A stretch of DNA of 32,000 nucleotides from Desulfocapsa sulfexigens DSM 10523 (GTDB taxonomy: Bacteria; Desulfobacterota; Desulfobulbia; Desulfobulbales; Desulfocapsaceae), in NCBI RefSeq assembly GCF_000341395.1, contig NC_020304.1, positions 3,720,001-3,752,000 on the forward strand. The letters are read 5' to 3'. A model generated the notes under the pieces. The model saw nothing but the letters and a program-made list of their open reading frames with translations. It was not told the DNA's origin and made no database searches. The translations under genes were made by a program, and so were the position numbers. Shown here piece after piece: positions 11,035-20,804 of this stretch. Each line of letters begins with the position of its first letter. Positions within the stretch are counted from its first letter, which is position 1.

Positions 11035-11406
11035 AGAACGTATCAGCCTTGGAAAACATGGAGAAGACCTTGCCGTGACCTATTTAAAAAAAATAGGTAT
11101 ACAATAATCCAACGAAACTACAGGCAGAAATCAGGAGAAATTGATATCATTGCCCGTCACGAGAATACGCTTGTCTTTGTTGAAGTAAAAACACGAAAGA
11201 GCCTCCATTTTGGACACCCATTTGAGGCCGTCACCCAGAGAAAACAGGCACAGATCAGCAGAACAGCATTGGATTACATGACACGTAACAAATTAACTGA
11301 AGCAGCGGTGCGTTTTGATGTCATTTCCATTATGATGGTTCCTGATGGAAATCCCCAAATCGAACACCTTACCAACTGTTTTGAAGCAACCGGCAACTTT
11401 TGTTAA
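11027..11406 (+). pseudogene. yraN: YraN/UPF0102-family (predicted endonuclease-like) gene with a frame disruption near 11098; absent from the ORF track
   Basis: TTG 11027 frame gives (M)[23 protein letters not shown]; a -1 shift then gives YTIIQRNYRQKSGEIDIIARHENTLVFVEVKTRKSLHFGHPFEAVTQRKQAQISRTALDYMTRNKLTEAAVRFDVISIMMVPDGNPQIEHLTNCFEATGNFC, stop at 11406. The GEIDIIA...FVEVKTR motif is diagnostic of the family. Whether it is a pseudogene, a sequencing/assembly error or recoding is unresolved. Confidence 0.8.
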
Positions 11407-11425
11407 ATTTCAACAGTAAGTAATC

Positions 11426-12433
11426 ATGATACCATTAGCTATCACAATGGGATGTCCCGCCGGTATCGGCCCTGAAATCATTCTGAAATATTTCACCCAA
11501 CCCCAAAATCCCATGCAATTCCCCTGCATTGTGGTTGGCGACAAAAACGTTCTTAACGTCTATGCCCAACGACTAGCCATCGACTGTACTATTATACCGT
11601 GGCTGCCAGGAGATGCTATTCCAGCAGGTCAAAACATTATCCCTGTTTACGAGACATCAGAACTCAGTAAAAATTCGATTCAACCAGGAAAATTCACCAA
11701 AGAGACTGCTATCGCCATGGCATCTGCCATCATCTCCGCAGTCAAAGGGATCAAGGAAGGCTGGTTGTCAGGCCTCTGTACCTGTCCGATTTCCAAGGAA
11801 GCACTTCAGAAGAGTGGACACCTCTACCCTGGGCATACTGAGATGCTAGCCAGGCTCACAGCCTCAGGAAACCAGGTGATGATGCTTGCCGGAAACACTC
11901 TTCGAGTGACGCTTGCTACCATTCACTGCGGTATCGCTCAGGTTTCCGGACTACTCAACAAAGACTTACTCCTCAATCTCTACCGGACCACTCACAAAAG
12001 CCTTCACGTTGATTTCAACATCCCCGCCCCCAGACTGGCAGTGGCCGCCCTTAACCCACACGCCGGTGAAGGTGGTATGTTTGGTAATGAAGAGGAAAAA
12101 ATCATAATTCCGTCCATTGAAGCAGGCCAAAAAGAAGGCATTGTCTTGCACGGTCCTTTTCCGCCTGATACAATTTTCTTTAAGGCAGCTCAGGGTGAGT
12201 ATGATGCTGTTGTCTGTATGTATCATGATCAGGGACTTATCCCTTTCAAACTGCTCCATTTCAAAGATGGTGTAAATGTTACTCTTGGTCTACCCATTGT
12301 CAGGACATCGGTCGATCATGGCACCGCTTATGATATTGCAGGAAAAGGCATCGCGGATCCATCAAGCCTTGCTGCAGCTGTTGCGCTTGCAACTCAAATA
12401 ATTCATAATAGAACGCAACTCGACACCATATGA
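11426..12433 (+). CDS. pdxA: 4-hydroxythreonine-4-phosphate dehydrogenase
   Basis: ITMGCPAGIGPEIILK, HTEMLARLT, MYHDQGLIPFKLLHF, VRTSVDHGTAYDIAGKG. Confidence 0.95.
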   Translation: MIPLAITMGCPAGIGPEIILKYFTQPQNPMQFPCIVVGDKNVLNVYAQRLAIDCTIIPWLPGDAIPAGQNIIPVYETSELSKNSIQPGKFTKETAIAMASAIISAVKGIKEGWLSGLCTCPISKEALQKSGHLYPGHTEMLARLTASGNQVMMLAGNTLRVTLATIHCGIAQVSGLLNKDLLLNLYRTTHKSLHVDFNIPAPRLAVAALNPHAGEGGMFGNEEEKIIIPSIEAGQKEGIVLHGPFPPDTIFFKAAQGEYDAVVCMYHDQGLIPFKLLHFKDGVNVTLGLPIVRTSVDHGTAYDIAGKGIADPSSLAAAVALATQIIHNRTQLDTI

Positions 12434-13041
12434 CATCTCCAAACGAACCCGGCCGCCTCATTGTTTTTGAAGGGACAGATGGTACAGGAAAATCAACCCA
12501 ACTGAAGCTTTTAGCCAAGGCTCTCCAGGAAAAAGGCTTGGCTGTTGTCTCCACCCGTGAACCAACGGATGGTAAATATGGACAACAGATTCGAGAGTTG
12601 TATAGTGATCGCGGAAACGTAAGTCTCGAGGAGGAACTCAATCTTTTTCTGGCCGACAGACAGGAACATGTTGAGTCCTTCCTCAGGCCAGCATTACATG
12701 ATGGAAAAATCATTCTCTGTGACCGCTACTATCTCTCGACCATTGCCTACCAGGGGGCAGCAGGACTCGAACCATCCATGATCCTGAACCGTAACAGTTT
12801 TGCACCTGTCCCTGATCTTGCCATTCTTTTCCATGCTCCCATCGCCATCGGGGTTAAACGTATTACTCAAAACCGCGGTGACACCCAGAATGATTTTGAA
12901 AAAGAGGGGTATCTAAAAAAGGTGGCTCAACAGTTTGAATTACTGAACCTTCCCTATATCAGACGTATTAACGCATCGGGAACCATAGAGACCGTCCACC
13001 GGGAAGTTCTTAAACTGGTTCTGCAACTTCTTGAGGCATGA
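12430..13041 (+). CDS. tmk: Thymidylate kinase
   Basis: FEGTDGTGKSTQLKLLA, DRYYLSTIAYQG; ATGA overlaps with both neighbours. Confidence 0.95.
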   Translation: MTSPNEPGRLIVFEGTDGTGKSTQLKLLAKALQEKGLAVVSTREPTDGKYGQQIRELYSDRGNVSLEEELNLFLADRQEHVESFLRPALHDGKIILCDRYYLSTIAYQGAAGLEPSMILNRNSFAPVPDLAILFHAPIAIGVKRITQNRGDTQNDFEKEGYLKKVAQQFELLNLPYIRRINASGTIETVHREVLKLVLQLLEA

Positions 13042-14786
13042 TGAAACTCCACATGCACCTTCTTTCATATGGATTCGTATCTATCCTGACACTATTCTAC
13101 TTCAATGGATGCAGTTCTGTACCACCTGACACTTTTGAACTTGAAGAGCACCTTGTTCCTGAAGAACTTGCTCATGACCCGCTCCAGGAAAACAGCGACA
13201 GCTCGTGCTCCTATTTCTATTTTCTCTGGGGGACACACGCAGAAAATAACGAACAGTATGTAGAGGCCGAAGAAGCCTTTGAAAAAGCACTCATCTGCGA
13301 CCCGGATTCACGTTATATCCTTCGCAGACTCCCCATTCTTCTTCTCAAAATGGGGAAACAGCAAACCGCCGCCAAATGGCTGCGCACTGCCATTGAGAAA
13401 TACCCTGACGAGACACAGGACAGACTCCTCCTCGCTCGTCTGGATATCCAAAATAATGAGATTGATGAAGCCATCAATCTCTACAATGAACTCATTTCGC
13501 TAAGCCCGGAAGACGAGACGCTGTATCTCCGTCTGGGATTTCTATACTCCGAGCAGCATCGATATATGGAGGCAGAAAAGACCTACCAGAAAGCCCTTCT
13601 GGTGAATCCCGAATCTCTCTTTGCCCACCTCTATCTTGCACGATTGGCTTCACAGATGAGCAAAACAGCGCTGGCTGAAAAATGGTACCAGAAGGCTCTG
13701 GAAATCAACTGGTCCATCGAACTTGTCTTTGAAATTGCAGATTTTTTTGGAAAGTATGAAGACTACCAGAAAGTTGAAGAACTGTATCGATCTATTTTGG
13801 AAAAGAATCCTAAGGAGACTCGAGCCGGCCTTGGACTTGTCCATACCCTGCTCCTTCAGGAAAAAGAAGAGAATGCTCTTCAAGTATTGCAGGATTTGCG
13901 TAATAACAGCGATGACCCGGCCCAAATAGATATAATCACCGCAAGGATCCATCTCCGCTCCAAGAATTTTGACAGGGCTGCTGAAATCCTCACGCCCTTA
14001 ACAGTTGACCATGAGATGCCTGAGGCCACATACATGCTTGCTGTCATCCGTTATCAGCAACAGCAACTGGACAACGCCATGGCCCTGCTGCAAACAATAG
14101 GACAGGAGGCAGATCAGTTTGAAGATGCGACCTATCTCCAGGTACGAATATTCATGGAACGTAAGCAGGATTCACGTGCCATTGAGCTGCTCAAACAAAC
14201 ACTTCTCAATGAAGAACTGGCGAGCCCCGGTCTCTACACACTTCTGGCATCACTCTATATGGAGCAAGATCAGATAGAGAAGGGCTATGAATTGCTGGAC
14301 GCAGCCCTTATCAGATATCCTGACAACGCCACAATCTATTTTGAATATGGGCTGCTCCGTGAACAGGATGGCTCTCAGCAACAGGCAATTGCTCTCATGA
14401 AAAAGGTTCTGGAAATTGACCCGGATCATACCGAAGCATTAAATTACCTCGGTTACACATGGGCTGACAACAACACCAACCTGGAAAAGGCTCTGGAATA
14501 TATCCAGAAAGCAATACAACTGAAGCCCGGGAACGGATACATTCAAGACAGCCTTGGATGGGTCTATTTCCGTATGGGAAAACTTGAACTCGCAGCAATT
14601 GAGACATTAAAAGCTCTGGAACTCGAGCCTCAAGATCCAAACATTTACGAGCATCTGGGTGACATCTATATGGCACAGGGTCAGCAGAAAAAAGCAATCC
14701 AGGCATACCAGGAAGCGGAAAAACTCTTCCAGAAAGCAGGTGATAAGGCCCGCCTCCTGAAAAAAATCCTTGATACTCAGGAATAA
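13038..14786 (+). CDS. TPR-repeat lipoprotein
   Basis: Lipobox-like FNGC at the signal peptide end (LTLFYFNGCSSVPP), followed by many TPR units (e.g. AEKTYQKALLVNPESLFAHLYLARL). Confidence 0.88.
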   Translation: MMKLHMHLLSYGFVSILTLFYFNGCSSVPPDTFELEEHLVPEELAHDPLQENSDSSCSYFYFLWGTHAENNEQYVEAEEAFEKALICDPDSRYILRRLPILLLKMGKQQTAAKWLRTAIEKYPDETQDRLLLARLDIQNNEIDEAINLYNELISLSPEDETLYLRLGFLYSEQHRYMEAEKTYQKALLVNPESLFAHLYLARLASQMSKTALAEKWYQKALEINWSIELVFEIADFFGKYEDYQKVEELYRSILEKNPKETRAGLGLVHTLLLQEKEENALQVLQDLRNNSDDPAQIDIITARIHLRSKNFDRAAEILTPLTVDHEMPEATYMLAVIRYQQQQLDNAMALLQTIGQEADQFEDATYLQVRIFMERKQDSRAIELLKQTLLNEELASPGLYTLLASLYMEQDQIEKGYELLDAALIRYPDNATIYFEYGLLREQDGSQQQAIALMKKVLEIDPDHTEALNYLGYTWADNNTNLEKALEYIQKAIQLKPGNGYIQDSLGWVYFRMGKLELAAIETLKALELEPQDPNIYEHLGDIYMAQGQQKKAIQAYQEAEKLFQKAGDKARLLKKILDTQE

Positions 14787-14788
14787 CC

Positions 14789-15604
14789 ATGGCTGCCAGA
14801 GCACTCTTTTTATGGACCACCCTGTTTCTGATACTCATCATTACAGGCTGTGCCAGACAGCGATGGACCGAACCTCTTCAGGAAGATGAAAGCCGCAGAG
14901 TTTCAGAATTAATAACCACCATGCAGGATACAAATAAATCATGCCCAAAAGGGTTTGATGCTGACGCTATAATTTCCTGGAAAAGTCCGGTGATAGACAC
15001 GGCCGTACAAGGCTACCTTCAGCTTCTCTCACCATCGTCAGTGAAATTTATCGTCAGTAATCCACTTGGTATGCCCGTTTATGCCTTTGCAAGTGACGGA
15101 AACACATTTCAAATTTTAGACACCAGCAAACGGCAGCATATCAGGGGAAATGTTCGCAATCTCGCCTTCAGAAAAGAACTTCCCATAATCCTGGCTCAGG
15201 GCGACTGGTTTTCCTTTCTCAGCGGACAACTTCCATCACAGGTAATCCACGCAGAACAAATCAGTAAAGACACGACAAATGGGACTGTCTGGGTACGCTT
15301 TCCAAAATCTGAAAAAATTAAAACAGAAGACGAACAATGGGTCAATCTGGATCTTGGGCAAAGAAAAGTGTTGGGATATTTATTTCTTGACAGGAGTGGA
15401 GAGACAATCGCTGAAATCTCCTATGACAATCAGGAAGAAGACGAGAACTGCCTTTCTGCAGAGAAAAAGATTCGGATCACGGATCTTCCCTGGGGAGCAG
15501 AAATAGAAATAGAACTGCATGACATCAGGACAGATGATTCGTTCAGTGAGGCCGATTTTTCACTCCCTGTCCCTGTCGGTTACTTCAAACAACTCCAACC
15601 ATAG
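14789..15604 (+). CDS. Outer-membrane-type lipoprotein, LolB/DUF4292-like architecture
   Basis: Signal peptide with lipobox (LILIITGCARQ), followed by a beta-rich sequence (VQGYLQLLSPSSVKFIVSNPLGMPVYAFASDGNTFQILD). Confidence 0.6.
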   Translation: MAARALFLWTTLFLILIITGCARQRWTEPLQEDESRRVSELITTMQDTNKSCPKGFDADAIISWKSPVIDTAVQGYLQLLSPSSVKFIVSNPLGMPVYAFASDGNTFQILDTSKRQHIRGNVRNLAFRKELPIILAQGDWFSFLSGQLPSQVIHAEQISKDTTNGTVWVRFPKSEKIKTEDEQWVNLDLGQRKVLGYLFLDRSGETIAEISYDNQEEDENCLSAEKKIRITDLPWGAEIEIELHDIRTDDSFSEADFSLPVPVGYFKQLQP

Positions 15605-15607
15605 ACA

Positions 15608-16564
15608 CTACTTTTTCATACCATCCAGTGAATCATAGGAGTTCACAATAATCACAAACAGATTGTCTTCTTTAAAAAAAACCTGCTGCAGATCATAATT
15701 CTTACTGGGAACAAGCTCAAGCGTCACACGTACGAGATCAGAATCTTTTAGCTCTTGAATATTCACCTGTTCGATGTATTCGCCATGAATGGCCTGGGTC
15801 TGAACTACTTTTTCATCGAGCCTGGTTCCTGGAAAATTGCAGATAACAAGCGGTGTCCCCTCCTCTTCTCCAACGACCTCGGGAGGATAAAAACCATTCA
15901 ACTTGAAAAGAATCATCTCTCCCTTGTTGGATGTGTTTTCAAATGTCACCTCAAGAAGCAGAGGATCAACACCAGGGCCTTCCTCTTCCTGCGGAGCTGG
16001 ACTGTTTTCCACAGGCTCTGCTGGTTTTTCTGACTCCACAACTTCCGCTGTCGCTGCAGTCGCCACAATATCCTGCACCGGCTCAGCTGCTATCGTTTCT
16101 GCGACGGGTTCTTCAGCAATCACTTTTTCCGGTGCAACCGCATCTTTTTCCGGAAAATTTGCGGAAAAGAGCTGAACGGTAAAAATATTGTTCTGTTCAT
16201 CAAACTGCTGGTCAAAGTTAAAATCACCACCGGCAGTAAGGTCGATCACGACTCTGGTCTTATCGGCATGCCGTCCCAGTCTGATTTTCTGGATCATGGT
16301 ACCTTGAGTTTCAATAGCATTCGGAACACTTCGTACCATGGCTGTCTCCATAAAATCAAAGACAACACGAGGATTGTCCCCCTTTAAAGAAAATATTTTG
16401 GGTAGCCAGGGACCATTGAGATGAAAAACAACCGATTCAATTTTGCCATTATCCTTCTGGAATTCAACTTTTTCTATTAATCCTTCCGCAGCATGCAACA
16501 TACCGGAAAACAGAAAAATGGAAGCCAAAACAGCAACAGAAAAAACAAATTTACGACCATTCAT
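15608..16564 (-). CDS. Secreted AMIN-domain-like protein
   Basis: Signal peptide, then VEFQKDNGKIESVVFHLNGPWLPKIFSLKGDNPRVVFDFMET...IRLGRHADKTRVVIDL (AMIN-like); a second similar segment at the C-terminus separated by an Ala/Glu/Pro-rich linker. Confidence 0.75.
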   Translation of the reverse strand: MNGRKFVFSVAVLASIFLFSGMLHAAEGLIEKVEFQKDNGKIESVVFHLNGPWLPKIFSLKGDNPRVVFDFMETAMVRSVPNAIETQGTMIQKIRLGRHADKTRVVIDLTAGGDFNFDQQFDEQNNIFTVQLFSANFPEKDAVAPEKVIAEEPVAETIAAEPVQDIVATAATAEVVESEKPAEPVENSPAPQEEEGPGVDPLLLEVTFENTSNKGEMILFKLNGFYPPEVVGEEEGTPLVICNFPGTRLDEKVVQTQAIHGEYIEQVNIQELKDSDLVRVTLELVPSKNYDLQQVFFKEDNLFVIIVNSYDSLDGMKK

Positions 16565-16690
16565 AAAGGATACCTATGTAAGCGTCTATTTTTTAAGGAA
16601 CTAATCAGATATATTCTTGCATACCTCATACACTCTTGTAAAGTCAACCTATTTTCAGTAAATGACTAGCATGGAAATTATTCTCCAGAG

Positions 16691-19318
16691 TTGATTTCAG
16701 TGACTCTACAGCAGTTTAAAGCAATTGGATCTAATCACTTAACATATACAGACACACACATGAAACGAAACTTCGAACAGAGAGAAACCCTTCCTTTTGT
16801 CAACAAACCAGGACGTTACCTTGGTCACGAATACAATGCCTTTGTAAAAAACTGGGAGCAGACTCCGCTCCATTGTGCACTTGTCTTCCCGGATCTCTAT
16901 GAAATTGGTATGTCCCATCAGGGTTTACAGATACTCTATCACATCCTGAATGCTCAGGACAGTGTCCTTGCTGAACGTTGCTATTGTCCTGCCAAGGATA
17001 TGGAAGAACTTCTGCGGTCACGCAACCTTCCCCTCTGTTCACTCGAAAACAATCGTTCCCTACTTGACTTTGACCTTATCGGGATAACCTTGCCCTATGA
17101 GCTTTGCTATACCAACATCCTCACCATCCTTGATCTTGCCTCAATCCCTCTTCGCTCAACTGATCGCGACGAGGATATGCCCATCGTGCTTGGCGGCGGC
17201 TCCTGCAGCCTGAACCCAGAACCTGTTGCTGATTTTTTTGATGCCATCCTCCTCGGTGACGGTGAGGAGGCCATTCTCGAAATTGCCGAAAGTGTTCGCC
17301 TTGGCAGGAAGGATCAGCTTCCAAGAGCTGCCATTCTTGAAAAACTTGCCGCCATCCCCGGTGTCTACATACCTTCCCATTTTGAGCCTTCCTACAAAGA
17401 GGATGGAAGTATTGCAGAAATCAAGGCTCTCCATCCTGATTTTCAGGTGGTTACACGAAGAGTTCTCAATGATCTGTCCAAACTCGACCACCTTCTCCAT
17501 CCCCTGGTCCCCAATTCAAAAATTGTCCATGACAGATTAGGGGTAGAGGTAGCCAGAGGGTGCACAAGAGGGTGCCGTTTTTGTCAAGCTGGGATCATTT
17601 ATCGTCCTGTCCGGGAACGAAGTCCCGAACAAATTTTTGAACTTGCCAGTCAGGGAATCAAAAATTCAGGTTTTGACGAACTTGCCCTGCTCTCTCTTTC
17701 CACCGGCGATTACTCCTGTCTTAGTACAACTTTGCCCCAACTGATGGATCGATTTTCCAGGCAGGCCATATCAGTTTCCATGCCTTCCATGCGTGTTGGC
17801 ACACTCACCCAGGGGCTTATGGATCAGATTAAACGAGTTCGCAAAACCGGTTTCACACTGGCTCCCGAGGCCGGAAGTGAACGCTTGCGTCGAGTTATCA
17901 ATAAGGGAATCACCGAAGATGATCTCCTCAACACCAGCAAAGATGCCTTTGGACTTGGCTGGAAGGTGATGAAGCTCTATTTCATGATAGGTCTGCCAAC
18001 CGAAACCCTGGAAGATATTGAAGCTATAGCTGAGCTTGCCAACAAGACCAAGGAGGTGGGAAGCCGGTCGGGCGGCAGGGGCCGGCAACAGATTAATGTA
18101 AGCGTTGGAACATTCGTCCCTAAACCGCACACCCCTTTTCAATGGGATGCACAAATATCAATCGAAGAAAGCCGAGAAAAAATATCCCTGCTGAAAAAGA
18201 TACTGCCGAGAAAAGGAATCAACTTCAAATGGCACGATCCGGAACAAAGCCTGCTTGAAGGTGTATTCTCCCGTGGTGACAGACGGTTGGCGGATCTACT
18301 TGAAACAGTGTGGAAGAAAGGTGCCAGGCTTGACGGTTGGTCCGATTACTTTGATCTTTCACGCTGGCAGGAGGCGGCCGATGAATGCTCGCTTGTCCTC
18401 AGCGATTTTCTCCGTCCAAGAGGCCTGGAGGAGATCCTCCCCTGGCACCACCTCAGCAGTGGTGTTGACGAGAATTTTCTCAAGGAAGAATTACAGAAAG
18501 CCCATACGGAAGCATACACGCCCGACTGTCGCTATCACGATTGCCAGAAATGCGGCCTCTGTGATTTCAAAGTAATCAAACCCGTTGTCATTGACAGAAA
18601 ACAGCGGCAGCCAGAGGAAGCTGAAGGCAAACCTCCCTTCGGCCTCCCAAAGCAAACAGATAGACCGCAGCAGAACGAAGAACTCCATTTTCGCTATTTC
18701 GTTACTTATTCCCGCATGGGAGACATCTGTTATCTTGGCCATCTGGAAATCCTTCAGATTGTTTTCCGTGTTCTGCGCCGTGCTGGAATCGAAACTAATT
18801 TTTCCAAGGGATTTAACCCATCTCCCAAGGTATCCTTCGGCCCTGCAATGCCCGTTGGTACACAAAGTCTTGCTGAATATTTTGTAATGGATCTGCCCAT
18901 GCCGCTTGATAACCTGGAAGAAGCCAGGGAACGATTGAATAAACAGATGCCCCCGGGTCTCACCGTTCAAAAAATAGTTCTCAGCAACGGCAAGGTTCCG
19001 CAGGAAATGGTCAGTTCCTATCGGATCACTCTCTACCCGACACTGAGCAGTAACGACAAACAACTGATTGAGAAATTCCTGGCTACTGACAGCTTTACCG
19101 TGAAACGGGTTCGCAAGGGAAAGGTCATGGAAATCGATTTCAGACCACTTGTTGTTTCACTGGAATGTATAGAAGAGGAAACACTGTCCCTGGAGTTGCT
19201 CAGCAAGGCAAGTCAGGCCGGAGTAAAACCACTGGAAGCACTTGCGTCCATTCTGCAAAAGGAACAAAAGGAATTACTCTCCTCCGTGGTCATAAAAACC
19301 GGCTGGAAAGAGGTTTAG
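16691..19318 (+). CDS. TIGR03960-like radical SAM protein fused to a C-terminal DUF2344-like domain
   Basis: GVEVARGCTRGCRFCQAG radical SAM CxxxCxxC; N-terminal LVFPDLYEIGMSHQGLQILYHILN; C-terminal YFVTYSRMGDICYLGHLEILQIVFRVLRRAGIETNFSKGFNPSPKVSFG. Start may instead be ATG 16760. Confidence 0.88.
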   Translation: MISVTLQQFKAIGSNHLTYTDTHMKRNFEQRETLPFVNKPGRYLGHEYNAFVKNWEQTPLHCALVFPDLYEIGMSHQGLQILYHILNAQDSVLAERCYCPAKDMEELLRSRNLPLCSLENNRSLLDFDLIGITLPYELCYTNILTILDLASIPLRSTDRDEDMPIVLGGGSCSLNPEPVADFFDAILLGDGEEAILEIAESVRLGRKDQLPRAAILEKLAAIPGVYIPSHFEPSYKEDGSIAEIKALHPDFQVVTRRVLNDLSKLDHLLHPLVPNSKIVHDRLGVEVARGCTRGCRFCQAGIIYRPVRERSPEQIFELASQGIKNSGFDELALLSLSTGDYSCLSTTLPQLMDRFSRQAISVSMPSMRVGTLTQGLMDQIKRVRKTGFTLAPEAGSERLRRVINKGITEDDLLNTSKDAFGLGWKVMKLYFMIGLPTETLEDIEAIAELANKTKEVGSRSGGRGRQQINVSVGTFVPKPHTPFQWDAQISIEESREKISLLKKILPRKGINFKWHDPEQSLLEGVFSRGDRRLADLLETVWKKGARLDGWSDYFDLSRWQEAADECSLVLSDFLRPRGLEEILPWHHLSSGVDENFLKEELQKAHTEAYTPDCRYHDCQKCGLCDFKVIKPVVIDRKQRQPEEAEGKPPFGLPKQTDRPQQNEELHFRYFVTYSRMGDICYLGHLEILQIVFRVLRRAGIETNFSKGFNPSPKVSFGPAMPVGTQSLAEYFVMDLPMPLDNLEEARERLNKQMPPGLTVQKIVLSNGKVPQEMVSSYRITLYPTLSSNDKQLIEKFLATDSFTVKRVRKGKVMEIDFRPLVVSLECIEEETLSLELLSKASQAGVKPLEALASILQKEQKELLSSVVIKTGWKEV

Positions 19319-19440
19319 GAAATCCTGTTGCTTCTACCCGCTTTCATATGGTACAGATGTGTATTCATTTGCATTCAGTATTTTTTTAGTATTCGTATAA
19401 AAATCAAAATATCCAAGCAGTTCTACCAAGGAGACCCCCC

Positions 19441-20787
19441 ATGACAACTAAGAAGATTGTCCTTCGTGATGATGAGATGCCAACTCAATGGTACAATGTA
19501 GGTCCTGATATCCCTAATGGTCTGCTGCCACCCCTTGATCCAGAGACCAAGCAACCCATGGGACCGGAAAAACTTGGCGCAATCTTCCCCATGTCACTTC
19601 TTGAGCAGGAAATGTCCCAGGAACGATTTATTGATATTCCTGAAGAGGTGCTCGACGTCCTGAAAATCTGGCGGCCTTCTCCCATGGTCCGTGCCAGAGC
19701 ACTTGAAAAAGCACTGGGAACGAAATCCAAGATTTACTTCAAAAATGAAGGTGTTTCTCCGGTTGGATCACATAAGCCTAACTCAGCAGTCCCTCAGGCA
19801 TATTATAATGCCAAGGAAGGAATCAAACGGTTGGCCACAGAAACAGGTGCCGGACAGTGGGGCAGTGCTCTCTCTTTTGCAACCCAAAAATTTGGCCTGG
19901 ACTGCAAGGTCTATATGGTGAAGATTTCCTTTGACCAGAAACCATACCGAAAATCCATGATGCACACCTTTGGGGCCTCCATTGTGGCAAGTCCAAGTGT
20001 GGACACCAATATCGGCCGTCAAATCCGTGAACAATACCCAGACACCGCTGGTTCTCTGGGCATTGCCATTTCAGAAGCCATAGAGGATGCTGCAAGCCGG
20101 GACGACACCAATTACGCACTTGGCTCTGTCTTAAACCATGTTGTCCTTCATCAGTCTATTATTGGCCTTGAAGCAAAGAAACAGATGGCTATCGCAGGAG
20201 ACTATCCCGATGTTATTGTCGGTTGCTGCGGTGGTGGATCAAATTTTGCCGGCCTTGCCTGTCCCTATGTTCCAGATTATCTGGAAGGTAAAAAGATACG
20301 TTTTGTCGGCGTAGAGCCTGCCTCATGCCCATCGCTCACCGGAGGTACCCTTGCCTACGACTTTGGCGATGTAGCGCAAACCACTCCACTACTGAACATG
20401 TATACTTTGGGCCATGATTTCATCCCTCCTGGAATCCATGCCGGTGGCCTGCGCTATCATGGCATGTCTCCCATTGTGTCAGCCATGGTTCGTGAGAAGA
20501 TAGTTGATCCTGTTAAAGTCCATCAGCTCGAGTGCTTCGAGGCCGGAGTGCTCTTTGCTAGAACAGAAGGCATCATTCCAGCGCCTGAGACCTGCCACGC
20601 CATCCGCGGTGCAATCATAGAAGCAACCCGTGAGCCTGAAAAACCTCAGACCATTCTCTTCAATTTTTCAGGACATGGTCTTATTGATATGGCATCCTAT
20701 GATAAATATTTTTCAGGCGACCTTCATGACTACGAATACCCACAGGAAGCTATCGCTGCCTCAATGGCTAAACTGCCAAAAATATAA
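19441..20787 (+). CDS. trpB: Tryptophan synthase beta-like, TrpB2 type
   Basis: PLP-Lys motif [43 protein letters not shown]; long TrpB2-like N-terminus. SD AAGGAG upstream. Confidence 0.92.
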   Translation: MTTKKIVLRDDEMPTQWYNVGPDIPNGLLPPLDPETKQPMGPEKLGAIFPMSLLEQEMSQERFIDIPEEVLDVLKIWRPSPMVRARALEKALGTKSKIYFKNEGVSPVGSHKPNSAVPQAYYNAKEGIKRLATETGAGQWGSALSFATQKFGLDCKVYMVKISFDQKPYRKSMMHTFGASIVASPSVDTNIGRQIREQYPDTAGSLGIAISEAIEDAASRDDTNYALGSVLNHVVLHQSIIGLEAKKQMAIAGDYPDVIVGCCGGGSNFAGLACPYVPDYLEGKKIRFVGVEPASCPSLTGGTLAYDFGDVAQTTPLLNMYTLGHDFIPPGIHAGGLRYHGMSPIVSAMVREKIVDPVKVHQLECFEAGVLFARTEGIIPAPETCHAIRGAIIEATREPEKPQTILFNFSGHGLIDMASYDKYFSGDLHDYEYPQEAIAASMAKLPKI

Positions 20788-20804
20788 TTCTTAAATATCT
20801 GGCA

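Noticed and set aside
11083-11093. Claiming programmed -1 frameshifting in yraN as established
   Set aside because: T TTA AAA is in phase, but slippage there gives KNRY in place of the expected K-x-G-Y, whereas a simple 1-nt deletion restores it exactly. Kept only as an alternative hypothesis.
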